From Takakia lepidozioides (taxonomy: Eukaryota; Plantae; Bryophyta), in NCBI GenBank assembly GCA_030704615.1, contig CM060731.1, positions 84,754,001 to 84,818,000 on the forward strand: 64,000 bases of DNA, given 5' to 3'. Shown in pieces: positions 11,066 through 24,520 of this stretch (positions are counted from its first letter, which is position 1; every line of letters starts with the position of its first letter). The notes below the pieces were generated by a model that saw only the letters and a list, made by a program, of their open reading frames with translations, ran no database searches and was not told where the DNA came from. The position numbers and the translations under genes were made by a program.

Positions 11066-13469
11066 GGGCAGTTTTCAGAATGACTCCTGGTAATCTGACA
11101 GGCATTCACCTTTTTGACTTCATCCCTACAGGAAGTATGATGGCGGGGAAGCCCTACGGGTGCTGTGGGAAGTAGAATGGTGTGGTGTGTGCAATAGGGA
11201 GCTTGGCACGCGTGCATTGAGGTATATCGATTGAGGAGCATGGTGTGGCATGAGGTGCGGCTGACAGAGGAGGAGCAATGCTTGGAAGGGTGTGCAGCTG
11301 CGATTACAGGGAAGCGATGCCGTCTTTTGATGATCTATTTCTGAAAGATCAACTCACGAGGGAAGGACTTGCTTTGAAGAAGGGGAGTGGTGCAGGACGA
11401 TTCATAAAGGGCAAGGGAGGCTTGATGCCATGTGCTACTGACAGAAGTGATGGAAGTTAGAGGCGGTGCCGCCTTTGATTTAATCTCTGAAGGTGTGGGA
11501 GTTGCGGGGAAAGTAGCTCGGCGTCATGGTGCAGCTACCAACGGAGGGGCAACAGTACCGCCGTTGCTTTCATGACCACGATCGCGGGAGGATGGGCTTC
11601 AAGGCAGGCAGCTTGGCATCCTGTGCAACCGCCAGATGAGGGGAACAGATCCGTTGTGTGTTTATGCTTCCTTCTTGCCAATTTCTGACGGTTGAGCTTA
11701 CGGTAGAGGAGCAGAGTTGGTAAGTGACTTGGATCACCTGTAGATAGGGTTATGAAGGATGCATGTACAGAGTAGAGAAATATCTGAGATGCGGACTAGC
11801 TTCTGTGTTAGCATGTGTTTTGCTTTAGGGTAGGTTGGCAGGAATGCTGGCGGATGATCTAGCCACGGTGGCGAGTGTTGGGAAGCGCCAGTACAGAAGC
11901 AGGATAAATCGAGCTGTGGGAGGCATTGCCGAGAGCGACGACAGCAGTTGATTGCGGGCAGGTCTGTTTATGACAAGGCAAGAAAGACGGCGGATGAACC
12001 GGCATATGAGATCTTTGATTTTGGATAAGCGCGGGTGAGGGCCAGTGACAACAGGCAGTGTGGAGCTGCTGACAAGAAGGGTGGGTGTCAGTTCATGCAA
12101 GCAACCCACCACTTCAGTTTGAGTATAAATCAGTTAAGTCAGAGGTCGGGGCTTCTTCTTCTTCTTCTTCTTCTTTCACTTAGGAATAGTTGTTGTGGAA
12201 TTTTGGTAGAGACACTCTCAATGGAAATGAGAGAGATAGAAAAAGGATTTTGGAAAATGGAAGGAGATTGTGGAGACGAATGGATCTGATGCATATGTCT
12301 GTGGGAGTGCTGATCGAGGGCAGATGTAGTTCACCCACAATGACAGAATGGTTGCTATTTGTTTTGTTTTTGTTCCTTTGGCTTCAGCATTATGAATCTG
12401 AACCACAATGCGGCTCTGGGATTTTGATGGTTAGATGTACATGCAATCCAGTATAGTTGATGTGAGCACTAGTGAGGGTTAGCTATGATTTCTTTGTAAA
12501 CAGAAAGAGGAAGGTGTGGATGGCTGGATGCAAGGAGTAGGGCACATTGAATCATAATGCTTGCACACTGCAAGGCAATTAGATTTCAAGAGGGCAATGT
12601 ACCTACTATGGGGGTAGGTTGTAGCTATTCTGAAAGAAGATATCAGGTGGCATGCATTTGTTCCCTACTACTTGTATCAATCAGCTTAGGAACATTCATG
12701 GACTAAGATCTGCAATCAGTGGGGCATAAGGGTCTTTCAAATAGTTAAAATGCAGTTTTAAGGAGGAGTTAAAAGTGGGGGCTCTGTGATATCATGCCCT
12801 CTTCATGCAAAGGGAAAGAGAAGAGAAATCTGAAATAGAGAAGCTAGGGTTCTGCATTTTGATTTAAGTAGATGTGAATGATGTCAAAACACCATGCATC
12901 AGTGTACAATCCATGGGCAGGATATGAAGGGGTAGCAATGTCATGCCAAAGGGGATCTGTTTTTTAGATAGTTGTAGTATTAATAAAGAAGGAAAATGAG
13001 AGCTCATGTGTAGAAACTAGGGCCTTTGCATTCTGGTTTATAGTAGAGTAAGTGGCAAACATATTTCTGCATCACTTACCTAGTCCAAGTATGGGCCAGT
13101 GGGGTATCTCTGATATGTTTACACTGTGGATAGGATCTGTTTCTGTATAAGGTACACCCTGTGATTTTCCAATGATGACATCTGTAGGGAAGAAGAACCC
13201 TGGCATATATGATGATCTGTTCACTAAAGAGACCCAATAACAATTTAGATAACCTCAGCCCTGTCCATGTCTTCTCTTCCGCTGCGGCGTGGATAAGGGT
13301 ATAAAGTCTCTGGTCATAAATAGATTTAGAATGAATTAAGTAGGGTCTGAGTCATTTTAGAAAGAGCAAGTAGGTTGATGTCATAGGGCAGGGCCATGGA
13401 TCACTGCTCAAGAAACAATTAACTATAGTTTACCAGAAGGGTTTCATGCCCCTTCCTTTTCACACTACA

Positions 13470-15300
13470 GTGTGGCTTTTCCTTAATGTAGGATGTGAAG
13501 AAGTTTGTCTATCCTGCAAATGTGGGCTTTTGGCTCCTGTTAGTACGGTATTCTTCCTGATGTTTACAAGGTTCTTGGGAGAATCAGCTTGGTCTTAGCA
13601 GCCCACTGATTCATTTCCTGATTCAACCTATTTCAGCCTGTTTTGCCCTCTTATCAGACTCGGGTCTGATATGCATATGGAAATCTGTAAGTTAGCTCGT
13701 TGGTGCAAGAGAGAGAGTCAGCTTGGTCTTAGCAGGCCGTGCCATGTTCAAAGTTGGAATTGTACCTAATGTCATTCTGAACACTGCCTGGCAGCTCTGG
13801 AAAAGGGGAAAGAGGTCGACATGTTTGCAAAATGAAGGCCTTGCTTGGTGCTTGCAGAATCCATGGCAATGTGGAGATGGCTGAACGTGCGGCATGAAGG
13901 TACCTTCTTCAACACATTTCACCTTGTTTTTCCCTGTTACCAGAGTAGTCCCTAAATTTTCATGTAGAATTCTGCAAGTTAGCTCGTTTGTGATGTAAGG
14001 TTGCATGAGTTTTATACCGATCCTTCACGATGGTGGGACAACCGCAATCACCAAGTGTGGCTTTTCTTAATGTACGATGTGAAGAAGTTCGTCCATCCTG
14101 CAAAGGTGGGCTCTTCGTACCTGTGAGTACCATGATTTGGTATTCCTCCTAATGTTTACAAGGTTCTTGGGAGAGTCAGCTTGCAGGTCTTATCAGGCCG
14201 TGTTTCAATCTCTGCCTGCTCAGCTGCACCGTGGTGGTTCTCACAGACCAATCCGACATTACCTGACTACAGACAAACAACACGCACAAGAGGTCATTTT
14301 GGGTTGATGGTCGGTCAAATCCTCCATGGGTCAAGGACAATGTGGTGAGGGCACATTTCAGCCTGTTTTGCCCTCTCATCAGACTTGGCCTTGAGATGCA
14401 TGTTGAATTCTGCATGGGTGATAAGTAGGGTTGGGTGTTTGCTGGAACAATTGTAGGCTGTCATTGTCAGCCGCTAGCAGCAAGGGAAGGATGTATGCAT
14501 GATTTGTGCAGAGCTTGGATAGCTGAGGGAGCAGGGGTAGAGTGGGGCCGGTCCAGATTCATCCAAGAGGGCGGGACTTCAAGCTCACGATTACCTATAA
14601 TTCCCTGTGGATCAATAGCTGCAAGAAACCTGCATGGGTAGATGGTCAACTGGAAGCCGCAGCAGCAACGACACAATTGGTAAAATCAGGCAATGCTAAT
14701 GAAGGCACCTTCTTCAACACACTTTCATCCTGTTTTTCCCTCTTATCAGAATTGGCCCTAAATTTTCATGTTGAATTTCGCAAGTTAACTGGTTGAGTGA
14801 ACCTTTGATAGTTTGGAGTGACTTTGACATGGTACTGCCAATGTGACAACATGGAAGTATCTAGTTCTAAACAGGTAACAGCTGAGACGAGGAGAAGCTG
14901 TGGAATGGATATTTTTTCTGACCCCAGTCAATGGTGCGATAATCGAGGCAAAAAGGTGAAATGCCTGTTGGATTACAGAGAGTAGCAGATGCAATTGACC
15001 ATAGTGATAAGTTGAGTTGGGTGTTCCCTAGAACAAATATAGGCTGTCATTGTCAGGTGTTAGCAACAAGGCAATGATGTATGCATGATTTGTGCAGCGG
15101 CATGGATAGCTGAAGGAGCAGGGATAGAGTCTGGGTCCAGATTCATCCAAGAAGGCCGGACTTCAAGCTCCAGATTATCTATGATTCCATGTGGATCAAT
15201 AGCTACAAGAAACCTGCTGCATGGGTAGATGGTCAACTAAAGGTAGCAGCTGCAGTTGACAAAATCAGGCACCTCAACTATGACCACAGCTTCTGAAAGA
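13470..15300 (+). repeat. Tandem/dispersed ~0.6-kb repeat family interleaved with PPR fragments
   Basis: Core ggatagctgagggagcaggg..tccagattcatccaagaggg..gcatgggtagatggtcaac at ~14520 and ~15100, also at 16700-16930 (inverted) and 38860-39885. Sub-segment 13470-13700 is duplicated at ~14055-14200. PPR E-motif piece KALLGACRIHGNVEMAERAA at ~13830-13892. Confidence 0.85.
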
Positions 15301-15309
15301 GGATCAAGA

Positions 15310-15585
15310 GAGGTGGCTGAACGAGATGTGGTCTTTTGGAGTGCCATGATTGCAAGGTATGTGCAGCATGGGTATGGGATTAAGGCTTTGGAAACCTAGG
15401 AGCAAATAATGTGGGATGGGATGAAGCAAGACCAGGTCATGTTCATTTGTGTTTGTAATATACATATGGGAGCCTAGCAGCCCTGGGAAGGGGCAAAGAG
15501 GTTCATGGTGACATTATCAAAGCTGGAATTGTACCAGATGTCATTATGAACATTCCCTTGGTGTACATCTACATCAAATGTGAGC
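15310..15585 (+). pseudogene. PLS-class PPR fragment
   Basis: VAERDVVFWSAMIARYVQHGYGIKALET*EQIM..GMKQDQVMFICV..ALGRGKEVHGDIIK.. Confidence 0.8.
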
Positions 15586-15799
15586 TTGGCAGCCTTGGCC
15601 AGATAAGAACATGAAGAGGGCTTACAATTTCGTTCGCTCGGGCGTAGACATTGCGCAATGAGAAGAAGGTAGGAAAGTAGTTCAGTGTTCCTAGCATGCA
15701 TGCGGAGACGCCGTGTAGAAGTTAGGCTGAGACTTTTATCATGGCTGGATTTTGTTGACAGTGTTCCAACACTTACTCTCTGGGATTTTATTTTATTTT

Positions 15800-16699
15800 G
15801 TGGAGCTTGAATCCCCAATGGTACTTCTTTCGCTACAATAGTGGTATGTGTTCCTCTAGTCATGTTTCTAGTCACTTGCACGCCACTGTAATAGTGGTAT
15901 AATTTAAAACTGTAAGAGTAGCCAAATACACACAATTGCCTCCATTACCACTCCTGTAGTGCTATACATAATCACCTATATATTATTGTATTAGTGGTAT
16001 GAATTCCTCCAGTGGTATTCCTAATCACTTACACACCACTCTGTTAGTAATCATTCCAATCCATAGGTCTCACTCAGAGAGACACCATGGATGATTCAAA
16101 CAGCTTACATACCACTATGTGGGTAATCATTCCAATGACCTGCTAAGAGACGTCACAACCACGGTTTGAGTGATATTGTATATTCTCAGTTTTCATAGAA
16201 TGACTCTGTGAGTCATTTCGCGATCACTCAACAAGTGGTTTCGGAAGTCATTGAATTTTTCACTCCATCCATTTCGTAGCACCGACACAGGACACGTGTC
16301 CATGCTGAGAGTGTCGCCACGTGTCAACATAATATCCAATATCATCCACGGACCACCGACTTCCACGTGTCCACTAGAAAACGGAAGTGGTTACTTTACC
16401 ACTATGACACGTCAGTTTACCACTGTGACACGTCAGAAGTGGTTGGTTTACCTCAATGACACATCATTGACACGTCACAGTGGTTAATTTACCACTGTGA
16501 CATGTCAGCGAACAGGTGGACCCGGACGTGAGTGGTTCGAACCACTGTCCTTAACCATTGATGCCACATAATGTCTTTTACCACTCACTTGTCCTAATCC
16601 ACTGGTTCTTCATCACTCTGGGGCCAGAGTGGTCTAGTGTCTTTTACCACTCAAAATGAGTGGTTAATAGAGTGGTTATTCCGCGTTTTTCTTCTAGTG
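15800..16699. mobile_element. CACTA (En/Spm) element end with subterminal ACCACT/AGTGGT repeats
   Basis: Ends ..cgcgtttttcttcTAGTG (reverse complement CACTAGAAGAAAAA); dense accact/agtggt and gacacgtc motifs; no partner terminus found. Confidence 0.75.
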
Positions 16700-16930
16700 C
16701 ATAGGTAATCTGGAGCTTGAAGTCCGGCCCTCTTGGATGAATCTGGACCTACACTCTATCCCTGCTCCTTCAGCTATCCCTACCTGTGTACAAATCATGA
16801 ATACATCCTCAGCCTTGCTGCTAGTAGCTGACACTGACGGCGCAAAGTTCTTCCAGCAAACACCCCAACCCTAATGATGAGAGGGCAAAACAGACTGAAA
16901 TAGGTTGAAGAAGAAGGTGCCCTTACCACA
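16700..16930 (-). repeat. Inverted copy of the PPR-associated repeat
   Basis: Reverse complement of the 14430-14600 and 15020-15183 cores. Confidence 0.85.
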
Positions 16931-16959
16931 TTGTCCTTGACCTTGTGTCATGACCCATG

Positions 16960-17730
16960 GAGGATTCAGGTCTCCAAAGCCTCTATCCCGCGCCCCTGCT
17001 GTGCACACCCTCAAGCATCGCATTCCACGACACCACATCTCGTTCAGCCATAGTGTTTCAAACACTCCCTCCACATCTTGAGTGCTCCCACATTTGGCAT
17101 ACATGTCCACGAGGGTATTGTTTAGAATCACATCTGGTACAGCTTTGGTGATGCGACGATGCACCTCTTTGCCCTTTTACAGGGCTGCCACGCTTGCACA
17201 CGCATTGCAAACGTACAAACACGATATGGTCGAGCTTCACCCCTTCCCCCATCATTTGCTCATTGTCTCCAAAGCCCCATCCCGCGCCCATGCTCTGCAC
17301 ACCCTACAAGCATCGCGTTCCACGACACCACATCTCGTTCAGCCATAGTGTTGAACACTCCGTTGGCATCCTCAATGCTCCCACATTTGGCATACATGTC
17401 AACCAGAGTTGTGTTCAGGATGAAATCTGGTACACTTGCAGATTTGATGATGTCACCATGGATCTCTTTGCCCTTTTCCAGGGCTGCTAGACGCACTGCA
17501 AACGCACACAAACGTTATGTCGGCGGGCTTCACCCCTTTCCCCATCATTTGCTCATAGGTCTCCAAAGCCTCCATCCCGCACCCTTGCTGTGCATACCCT
17601 GCAAGCATCGCACTCCACGACACCACATCTCGTTTAGCCATAGTGTTGAACACTCCTTTCAAGGCATCCTCGATGCACCCACATTTGGCATACATATCCA
17701 CCAGGGCAGGGGCAGTGTTTAGAATGACGT
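16960..17730 (-). pseudogene. PLS-class PPR pseudogene fragment (~3 degenerate motif triplets)
   Basis: LNTTLVDMYAKCGSIEDANGVFNTMAERDVVSWNAMLVGCAEHG, AALEKGKEIHGDIIK; several frameshifts. Confidence 0.9.
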
Positions 17731-18189
17731 AGGAGCTTGTCGTCGAGCCGCCATACCTCCCGCACCAGATTTGTTAGCAAAGACTACGCCTCCGAGTACT
17801 CCTTGCTTTCCGTCAAAAGAGCTGCTTTTCGGGCTTCCACTCTAGGGTTTCAGTCAGAATAAAGAGGAACTGGATGAGGCCTTCTTTTCTTGCGCTGGCA
17901 GAGAAGACAAAGGGTGGCTCACCGCAGAAGAAGCCACAGCTATCATTTGAAACAACACCGCAGGGATCTCTTGCTACTCAATGATCACTCGCCTCTCTCC
18001 CCTCCCTGCGCTCTGTCTCTCTTCTCTCGTCTATTCCTCGCACTGCATCCGCTCATACATCCGCTCATAGGTCTCCAAAGCCTCCATTGATCCGCAGAAC
18101 ACTGCTATGCTCTGCTCTCAAAATACAATGATCAACTTAAAGAGTCGTATTCCCCTGTGAAGGTAGTACGCAGCTAAGTCCAAGCCCTA

Positions 18190-18500
18190 TGCGTGGATGA
18201 ATGTAGCGATAGATGGATGGATTTTGGGTCTTCCATCAATACATCCATCCATTCACAACTCATGAAACAGGTACTTCAACTATGCTAAGTCCCAGCCCTC
18301 TGCGTGGATGAATGTAGTGATAGATCGATGGATGGATTTTGGGTCTTCCATCAATACATCCATCCATTCACAACTCATGAAACAGGTACTTCAACTACGT
18401 GCTGTCCCACCCCTCTGTGTGGATGAATGTAGTGATAGATGGATGAATTTTGTGTCTTCCACAATACATCCATCCATTCATTTGTTTTTCCATTTTTGGT
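18190..18500. repeat. ~111-115-bp tandem repeat, ~3 copies
   Basis: gtggatgaatgtag.gatagat..ggattttgggtcttccatcaatacatccatccattca repeated at ~18193, 18304 and 18419. Confidence 0.85.
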
Positions 18501-18769
18501 TATCTATCCATTTTAATTTCATCCATTCATCCAAAATGCATCTTTAAATGAGATTATGCCATGTGATGGACATCGCTTGAATCACCCAATTGTTTTTATT
18601 TATTTTTGCATTAATACTAAATAATATCTATCATTAATTGGGATACCAAATAAGAGTCATGCAGACGACTACACCGCGACACTATCCATAGTCAACGGCA
18701 TTTGACCACGCTCCAAAATCTCTAGATTCAGCTACGCTACCTTTTAAAGGCATACGTGTGACTTATGAT

Positions 18770-18962
18770 CACTACTGTTCTTTGGTCAAACCACGTTGAC
18801 CTGAATTCCGAACTTTATGGAGTCGTTTAGTCATATACCCGACTGTTTTTAGGCATATCCATGACTTCTTTGTGCTTGTCCCACTTTGAGTCATGGTTTG
18901 AGTTATGAAAACCATGACTCTCAAAAAAAAAAAAGTAAAAAAAACCATGATTTGGCGTAGTG
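18770..18962. mobile_element. CACTA element end truncating a Gypsy RT
   Basis: ..ccatgatttggcgTAGTG (reverse complement CACTACGCCAAAT) directly followed by RT (Y)KKLND; GAGTCATG/CATGACTC motifs inside. Confidence 0.7.
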
Positions 18963-21370
18963 ATAAGAAGTTGAATGATTGTACAAAGAAATGTCCTTTT
19001 CCTTTGCCATTCACAGAAGCTGTATTGGACACTGTGGCAGGCTATGAGATGTACTCGTTCATAGATGGCTTCAGTGGGTATAACCAAGTACAAGTAGCTG
19101 AAGAAGATCAAGGAAAGACAACTTTCATTACTGACTGGGATGCTTATGCATACAAAGTCATGCCTTTTGGACTTTGTAATGCACCAGCAACTTTCCAGAG
19201 AGTGATAAGTGAATATTTCCATGAGTATTAGGATGATTTCATGCAAGTGTTCTTACATGACTTCAGTGTGTACAACTCTAAGAATGAGCACTTGCAGAAG
19301 TTGGAATTATGTTTGGCCAGATGCAGAATGAAAGGTCTTGGTCTGAATCCAGAAAAGTGTACTTTCTGTGTGAACTCAGGGGTACTTCTGGGACACATTG
19401 TGTGTAAGAAGGGACTGCTTGTGGATCCTAGAAAGACTGAGGCCATTAAAGCATCTCCACCACCAGTAAATGCTAAGGCTCTAAGGAGATTCCTTGGACA
19501 AACCAGCTATTACAGAAGGTTTGTCAGACGGTATGCACAGATGGCAGCACCATTGAGCAAGCTTTTGAAGAAGGATGTAGTGTTTGCATGGACAGCTGAA
19601 TGCCAACAGGCATTTGAGGCACTTACAATGTCAGTAACAACTACACCTGTGTTGATTAATCCTCACTGGCATATGGTATTTCATGTACACTGTGATGCCT
19701 CTAGAGAAGCTTTGGGAGCTGTGTTAGCCCAAAATGTCACATGAAAACATAGATTCACCTGTGTACTATGCTAGCAGATTGTTGAACAATGCTGGGAGAA
19801 ATTATAGCACTACTGAAAGAGAAGCTTTGTCAATGATCTATGCAGTCAAGAAATTCAAGCATTATCTACTTGGAAAGAAGTTTATGTTTTATGTGGATCA
19901 TCAGGCTTTGATTTATCTGGTGAACAAGCCTTTGATAAGTGACAGGATAGCAAGATGGTTGATTATCTTGCACGAGTTTGAATTCAAAGTTGTTTACAAG
20001 TCTGGACGTTTGCATCTTGTGGCAGATCACTTGTTACGCCTTTCAACAGGAGAACCCGCCACAGGAGTAGACGATCAACTGCCTGATGCCAGTTTATTCA
20101 CAGTAGAGGTGCAGGGAGCACATGATTGGTTAGATTGGCAGTGGCCAATCAGATACTACCTTACTCATGGTCAGTGCCCACCCAGTTATGGGAAGGAGTA
20201 GAGGAAAAGAATAGCTATCAAGGCATTACCATACACTATGATAGGTGGAAGATTGTATAAGCTAGGACCTGATGGAGTTCTTAAACGATGCTTGTACCAC
20301 CATGAGGTAAATAAAGTTTTGGAAGAAGTTCATAAAGGAGTGGCTGGAGGCCATTTTGGAGAAGAGACTACCAGTAGGAAAATATTACTTGCAGGTTACT
20401 GGTGGCCTACTTTGTTTAGAGATGTACACAAGTATTGCAAGAGTTGTGATGAGTGTCAGAGGCTAGGACCTTTGCAAAGATCTGGGAAGATGGCTTTGCA
20501 TCCTACGATGCCTACTGAACCATTCCAGAAATGGGGATTAGACTTTGTTGGACCAATTAATCCACCAACCAGGAATACACAAAACAAGTATATAATCACA
20601 GCCACTGATTATACCACAAAATGGGTGGAAGCTAAGGCTCTGAGGGACAACACAGCTAAGTCCACAACAAGGTTCCTATATGAGAACATTCTCACAAGAT
20701 TTGGCTGTCCCTTGGAATTTATCAGTGACCACGGAAGTCACTTCATTAATGAGACCATTGAACTATTGACTAAGGAATTCATGATTGTGCACATGAAGAG
20801 TACAACCTATTACCCACAGGGCAATGGGCAGGCAGAGGCCACCAACAAAATACTATGCGCTATCTTGGCTAAGATAGTCTCTGCGAACATGACAGACTGG
20901 GATACAAAGCTGTTGCCAGCTTTGTGGTCATACAAGACTTCATACCACCAAGTATACACCATTCCAATTAGTTTATGGTATGTAAGCTTTATTTCCAGTG
21001 GAATTCTTATTACCTACCACGAGAACTGAATGGGGGAGGAGAATGGAATTGGAGGATTCAATTAAAGTAAGGAAACATGAACTATATCATGTGGAAGAAG
21101 TACGCGATGATGCAGCAGATAACATGACCATAATTCAGATGAAGAGGAAGGATCAGTTTGATGAAGGTAAATTGAAGACTTTTAAGACATGTGATTTGGT
21201 ACTGTGGTTGCAAAAGAAGGGAAGATTAAAGCTTCTAAGCTTAAATCACCATGGAAAGGACCTTATGTCATACAGAAGATGTATGATAACAACACAACTA
21301 TGTTACAAACCATTAACAAATAGATGCTTGGTAGAGTAAATGCCAATAAGTTGAAGGGATACAATGGTAT
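18963..21370 (+). mobile_element. Decayed non-chromovirus Ty3/Gypsy pol (RT, RNase H, integrase)
   Basis: SFIDGFSGYNQV..VMPFGLCNAPATFQR; HCDAS..NYSTTEREAL; H..GGHFG..CDECQR; WGLDFVGP..FISDHGSHF..YYPQGNGQAEATNK; stops and frameshifts. Confidence 0.95.
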
Positions 21371-21697
21371 CCATGATAGACCATTGCAGCATGATTTGCA
21401 TCTTGAAACACAGATGCAGTCACAGACTACACCAGTAGCACCAGCGGAGCATGAAGCACTTGTCATAAAGCCAAATGTGTATGACCATAGCAGAGAACAC
21501 AAGTGTTCACACAACCATCATAGCCCACCACAGCCTATTACAGCATATCATAGCTTACCATAGCTTATCACAGCCCAACACAGGCAACACAGCCTACACA
21601 GGTCGCCAGTCCATAGGGGCAGTTACAAACGGACATGAGTTAACGTCAGTTAAGTGGCCGCTAAGTGTAAAGACAGTTTGGAAGTCAAACTCGGAGA

Positions 21698-23250
21698 ATG
21701 TGCCACGCGGATAGAGGGAGCCGGGAGTGTTTGAATTCAAACACGTGGCCTAAGGGGCAAAGCACTCCGCATTGCATGTACTGCAATAATGAGCGTCATC
21801 ACACAAGAAGACAAACAGGGCCGTCAAAGTACCTACCCGGTACATCAGCCGAAACTTATTATGAGCCCATTAATGCATCAAGAGGACAGGTAACGGAACA
21901 CTTTACGCGTCCGGCAAAGGGGAACCTTTGGCACATATGCAGTCCTAGTGGTCATTCCAAGATGGAATGTGAACAGATTAGGGTAAAAATGAGAAGTTAC
22001 CTAATGAGGCAACGGCCAATCAGCAACGTGAATTTTGTGCAAGAGACTCCATTCAAGAAACAAGAACAAGAAATTAAGAAGATTATGAGCGGAAGAATAG
22101 GTGTTATTCCGGATAACCAGTGTCTCGACGGGAGGGGCAATCAAAGCTATAACTTTGTAGCTATAGCGGATATCACGGACTATACACTAGCTCTACTTCT
22201 TACGCAGTGGTGCAAGGAAAGACAGGGCGAAAGTACTTTTTCTCTCACTCACTATTTGCAAGCCCCGCAGGCTTACACCCACTTGCTTGTTCCATTCTAT
22301 GCTAATCACACTATCATACTATACGCATTACAAACTTTCCTGCAGTTATTCCAAACAATGCCTTCTTGTTTGTCCGAGATGAAGCGAATTAGAGAGATGG
22401 AGGATCTACGGGTGAAGAGCACGACGATCTTATAGAGGCAAACAATCGCCACACCACAGGCAGTGCAGCTGCTAAAGGAATTGCGGTTGAAGGGATTGTT
22501 GCGCAAAGAGTGGTCTTTGCATCATCGGGAATTGATGATCCAGTTCATCAAGAACTTTGAGCCAAAGACGGGAGTTACCCAGGTGAAGGGCGCAGATATA
22601 CAAGTTACTCCGTAGTACTTGCAACAACTTTTTGAATTACCATTTGGTAATGTGAGCGTGGACGAGCACATGGCAAGATTGCAAGTAGGGGGTCTTTTCC
22701 AAGAAACGAGTTTCTTCAGGAACCAGGGATTCACTTGCACCAAAGCCGAGTATCCAGGGTTGAGGGAAATTGGCCAGATACTAAACACTCTGTTTGCCAT
22801 GAAACAGAACCAACAGTATCTTAGCAGATCTTTTATGGAGGAGGTTCTGAAAGCTTTGAGAGGAGAGGATGTAGCTTGGGCGGAGATGATGCACAGTGGT
22901 CTAGTGGAGGAGATGAAATGATTACAGAATACTACTGCCAAGTCCCCAATTATTGTGTCTGGCCCAATTATTGCACAGATCATCTTTGATATTCGTGCAG
23001 GATTTCATAAACGATTCTCAGCAGAGCCGGGTGAATTTGGACTTTCCGCCTGCATGTGAGTAACCCCAGACACCGGACAACCTTTCTGTGGCGCTGGAAT
23101 TGCTGCCAGTGGACGTACGACAATGTCATCGGGAAGACGTACACGCCTCCACGGATCCCCTCGCAAACAGTCTATGGGGATGTGAAGGATAATCCAACAA
23201 ACAATGTTACAGGCCGAGGCCGAAAGAGAGAAACGAAGAAGTGAAGGCAG
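21698..23250 (+). pseudogene. Additional degraded ORF(s) downstream of Gypsy pol
   Basis: ORFs 21698-22435 and 22619-22921 lie in one reading frame separated by stops; CCHC-like WHICSPSGHSKMEC; LMIQFIKNF..LQQLFELP. Confidence 0.45.
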
Positions 23251-23433
23251 CAAATGCCTTATTCTGAACGACCTGCATAGTGCAGATCAATACAAATTAT
23301 AAACTAGTAACTGAATGTAGCAGAACACAGGGGGAGACCACAGAGCATCATTGCAAAGAGGGGGAATCAAGTGATCTATCTATGGAAGAGCAGATGAGAT
23401 TTCGCATTCCCCTTGATATGCTTCCAGTTGATA

Positions 23434-24090
23434 TCAGCCAAGTCGAACTCCGGGGAAGCTGAAGAGGAGGGACCTATGTTGCTTCCATTGGTGGGGAATT
23501 CCTTCTGGCCAGATATAGGCGTGAGCATCTAGGCAGCTGCAAATGATACCGTGCAATCCCCATGAAGCTCTGAAGTTGGCGAGGAGAGTAAGCTGACGAT
23601 CTGGGTTTCTTTCGAGAGCTGCACATAAGACCAACCATGCTTTTTTAGCAGCCACAGTGAGATAAAAGAAAATTAGGGTAAGCAGGGATGAGATGGTAGC
23701 ATTTTTCCTCTCCAAAGTCTGTGCGCATTTTGCTTTCCACAAATGCCAGAGGGTGGAGTGTCTAAGCACTTCGAACACTGGACATGATGAGGCTTTTGTT
23801 TTTCTTCATTGATCATACTTCAGGAGGCGGGTGATGGGCTGAGATGGGATGTTTTTCCATGTGCAGTATAAGAGCAAGACCAATGGCTAGATTGAGCTAG
23901 GTGTCTGGCAGTGAATGAGACAGTGCTCGAGTGTCTCAATCATGGTAATTGAGAAGCACTTGATAGCCTCCGGAAAGTTCAGGATCTGACCCACTTTGAG
24001 AACCCTATTGGCAACCTGCCACTGAGTTTGGCTGGTTTGTTTTTTTCCCAAACATTGGCCCAGATACACTTTCAGCTTTTGATTTACCAC
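23434..24090 (-). mobile_element. L1-type LINE 3' fragment (zf-RVT region)
   Basis: ETLEHCLIHC..LRHSTLWHLWKAKC..AKKAW..FRASWG, parallel to the L1 at 41918-42426. Confidence 0.7.
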
Positions 24091-24520
24091 CCGTAGAATA
24101 AATAATTGGACTTATAACTAATTTACCCTTTTCCAGACGATAAATATCATCTTATTTTATTTACCCTTACCGAGAGGGTAAGCAAAAATCTACTTACCCA
24201 CACATAAGTATTTTGACTTGCATATGAGCTTGCATGATAAATGCATCGGGTTGCACACATACGGGCCGTGTTTGAATTTTTAGAGGTGACCCTTGAATTC
24301 ATCTCTGTGGCTGCAATGCCCTAATTGCGGGGCGGCCTGATTGAGGGGGAAATGGCTTCATTTAATCTGGGTGCAAACGGTCCAGTATAAATTGCGGGTT
24401 TCAAACGCGGTATAGTCGCGCAGATGCTGGTACAGGCCCTTTCGATCCACATTTACGAAGGTTTTGAGAACCACTTAGATTCTGGGTCAAACCTCACAGG
24501 TGAGTCGAAGAGAAAGAGAG

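Noticed and set aside
14500-14560. NB-ARC fragment suggested by WIAEG
   Set aside because: No other NB-ARC motif; the sequence belongs to the dispersed repeat.
18770-18962. Complete 193-bp mini-CACTA
   Set aside because: Termini match for only 6 bp and the flanks (GAT vs ATA) are not a TSD.
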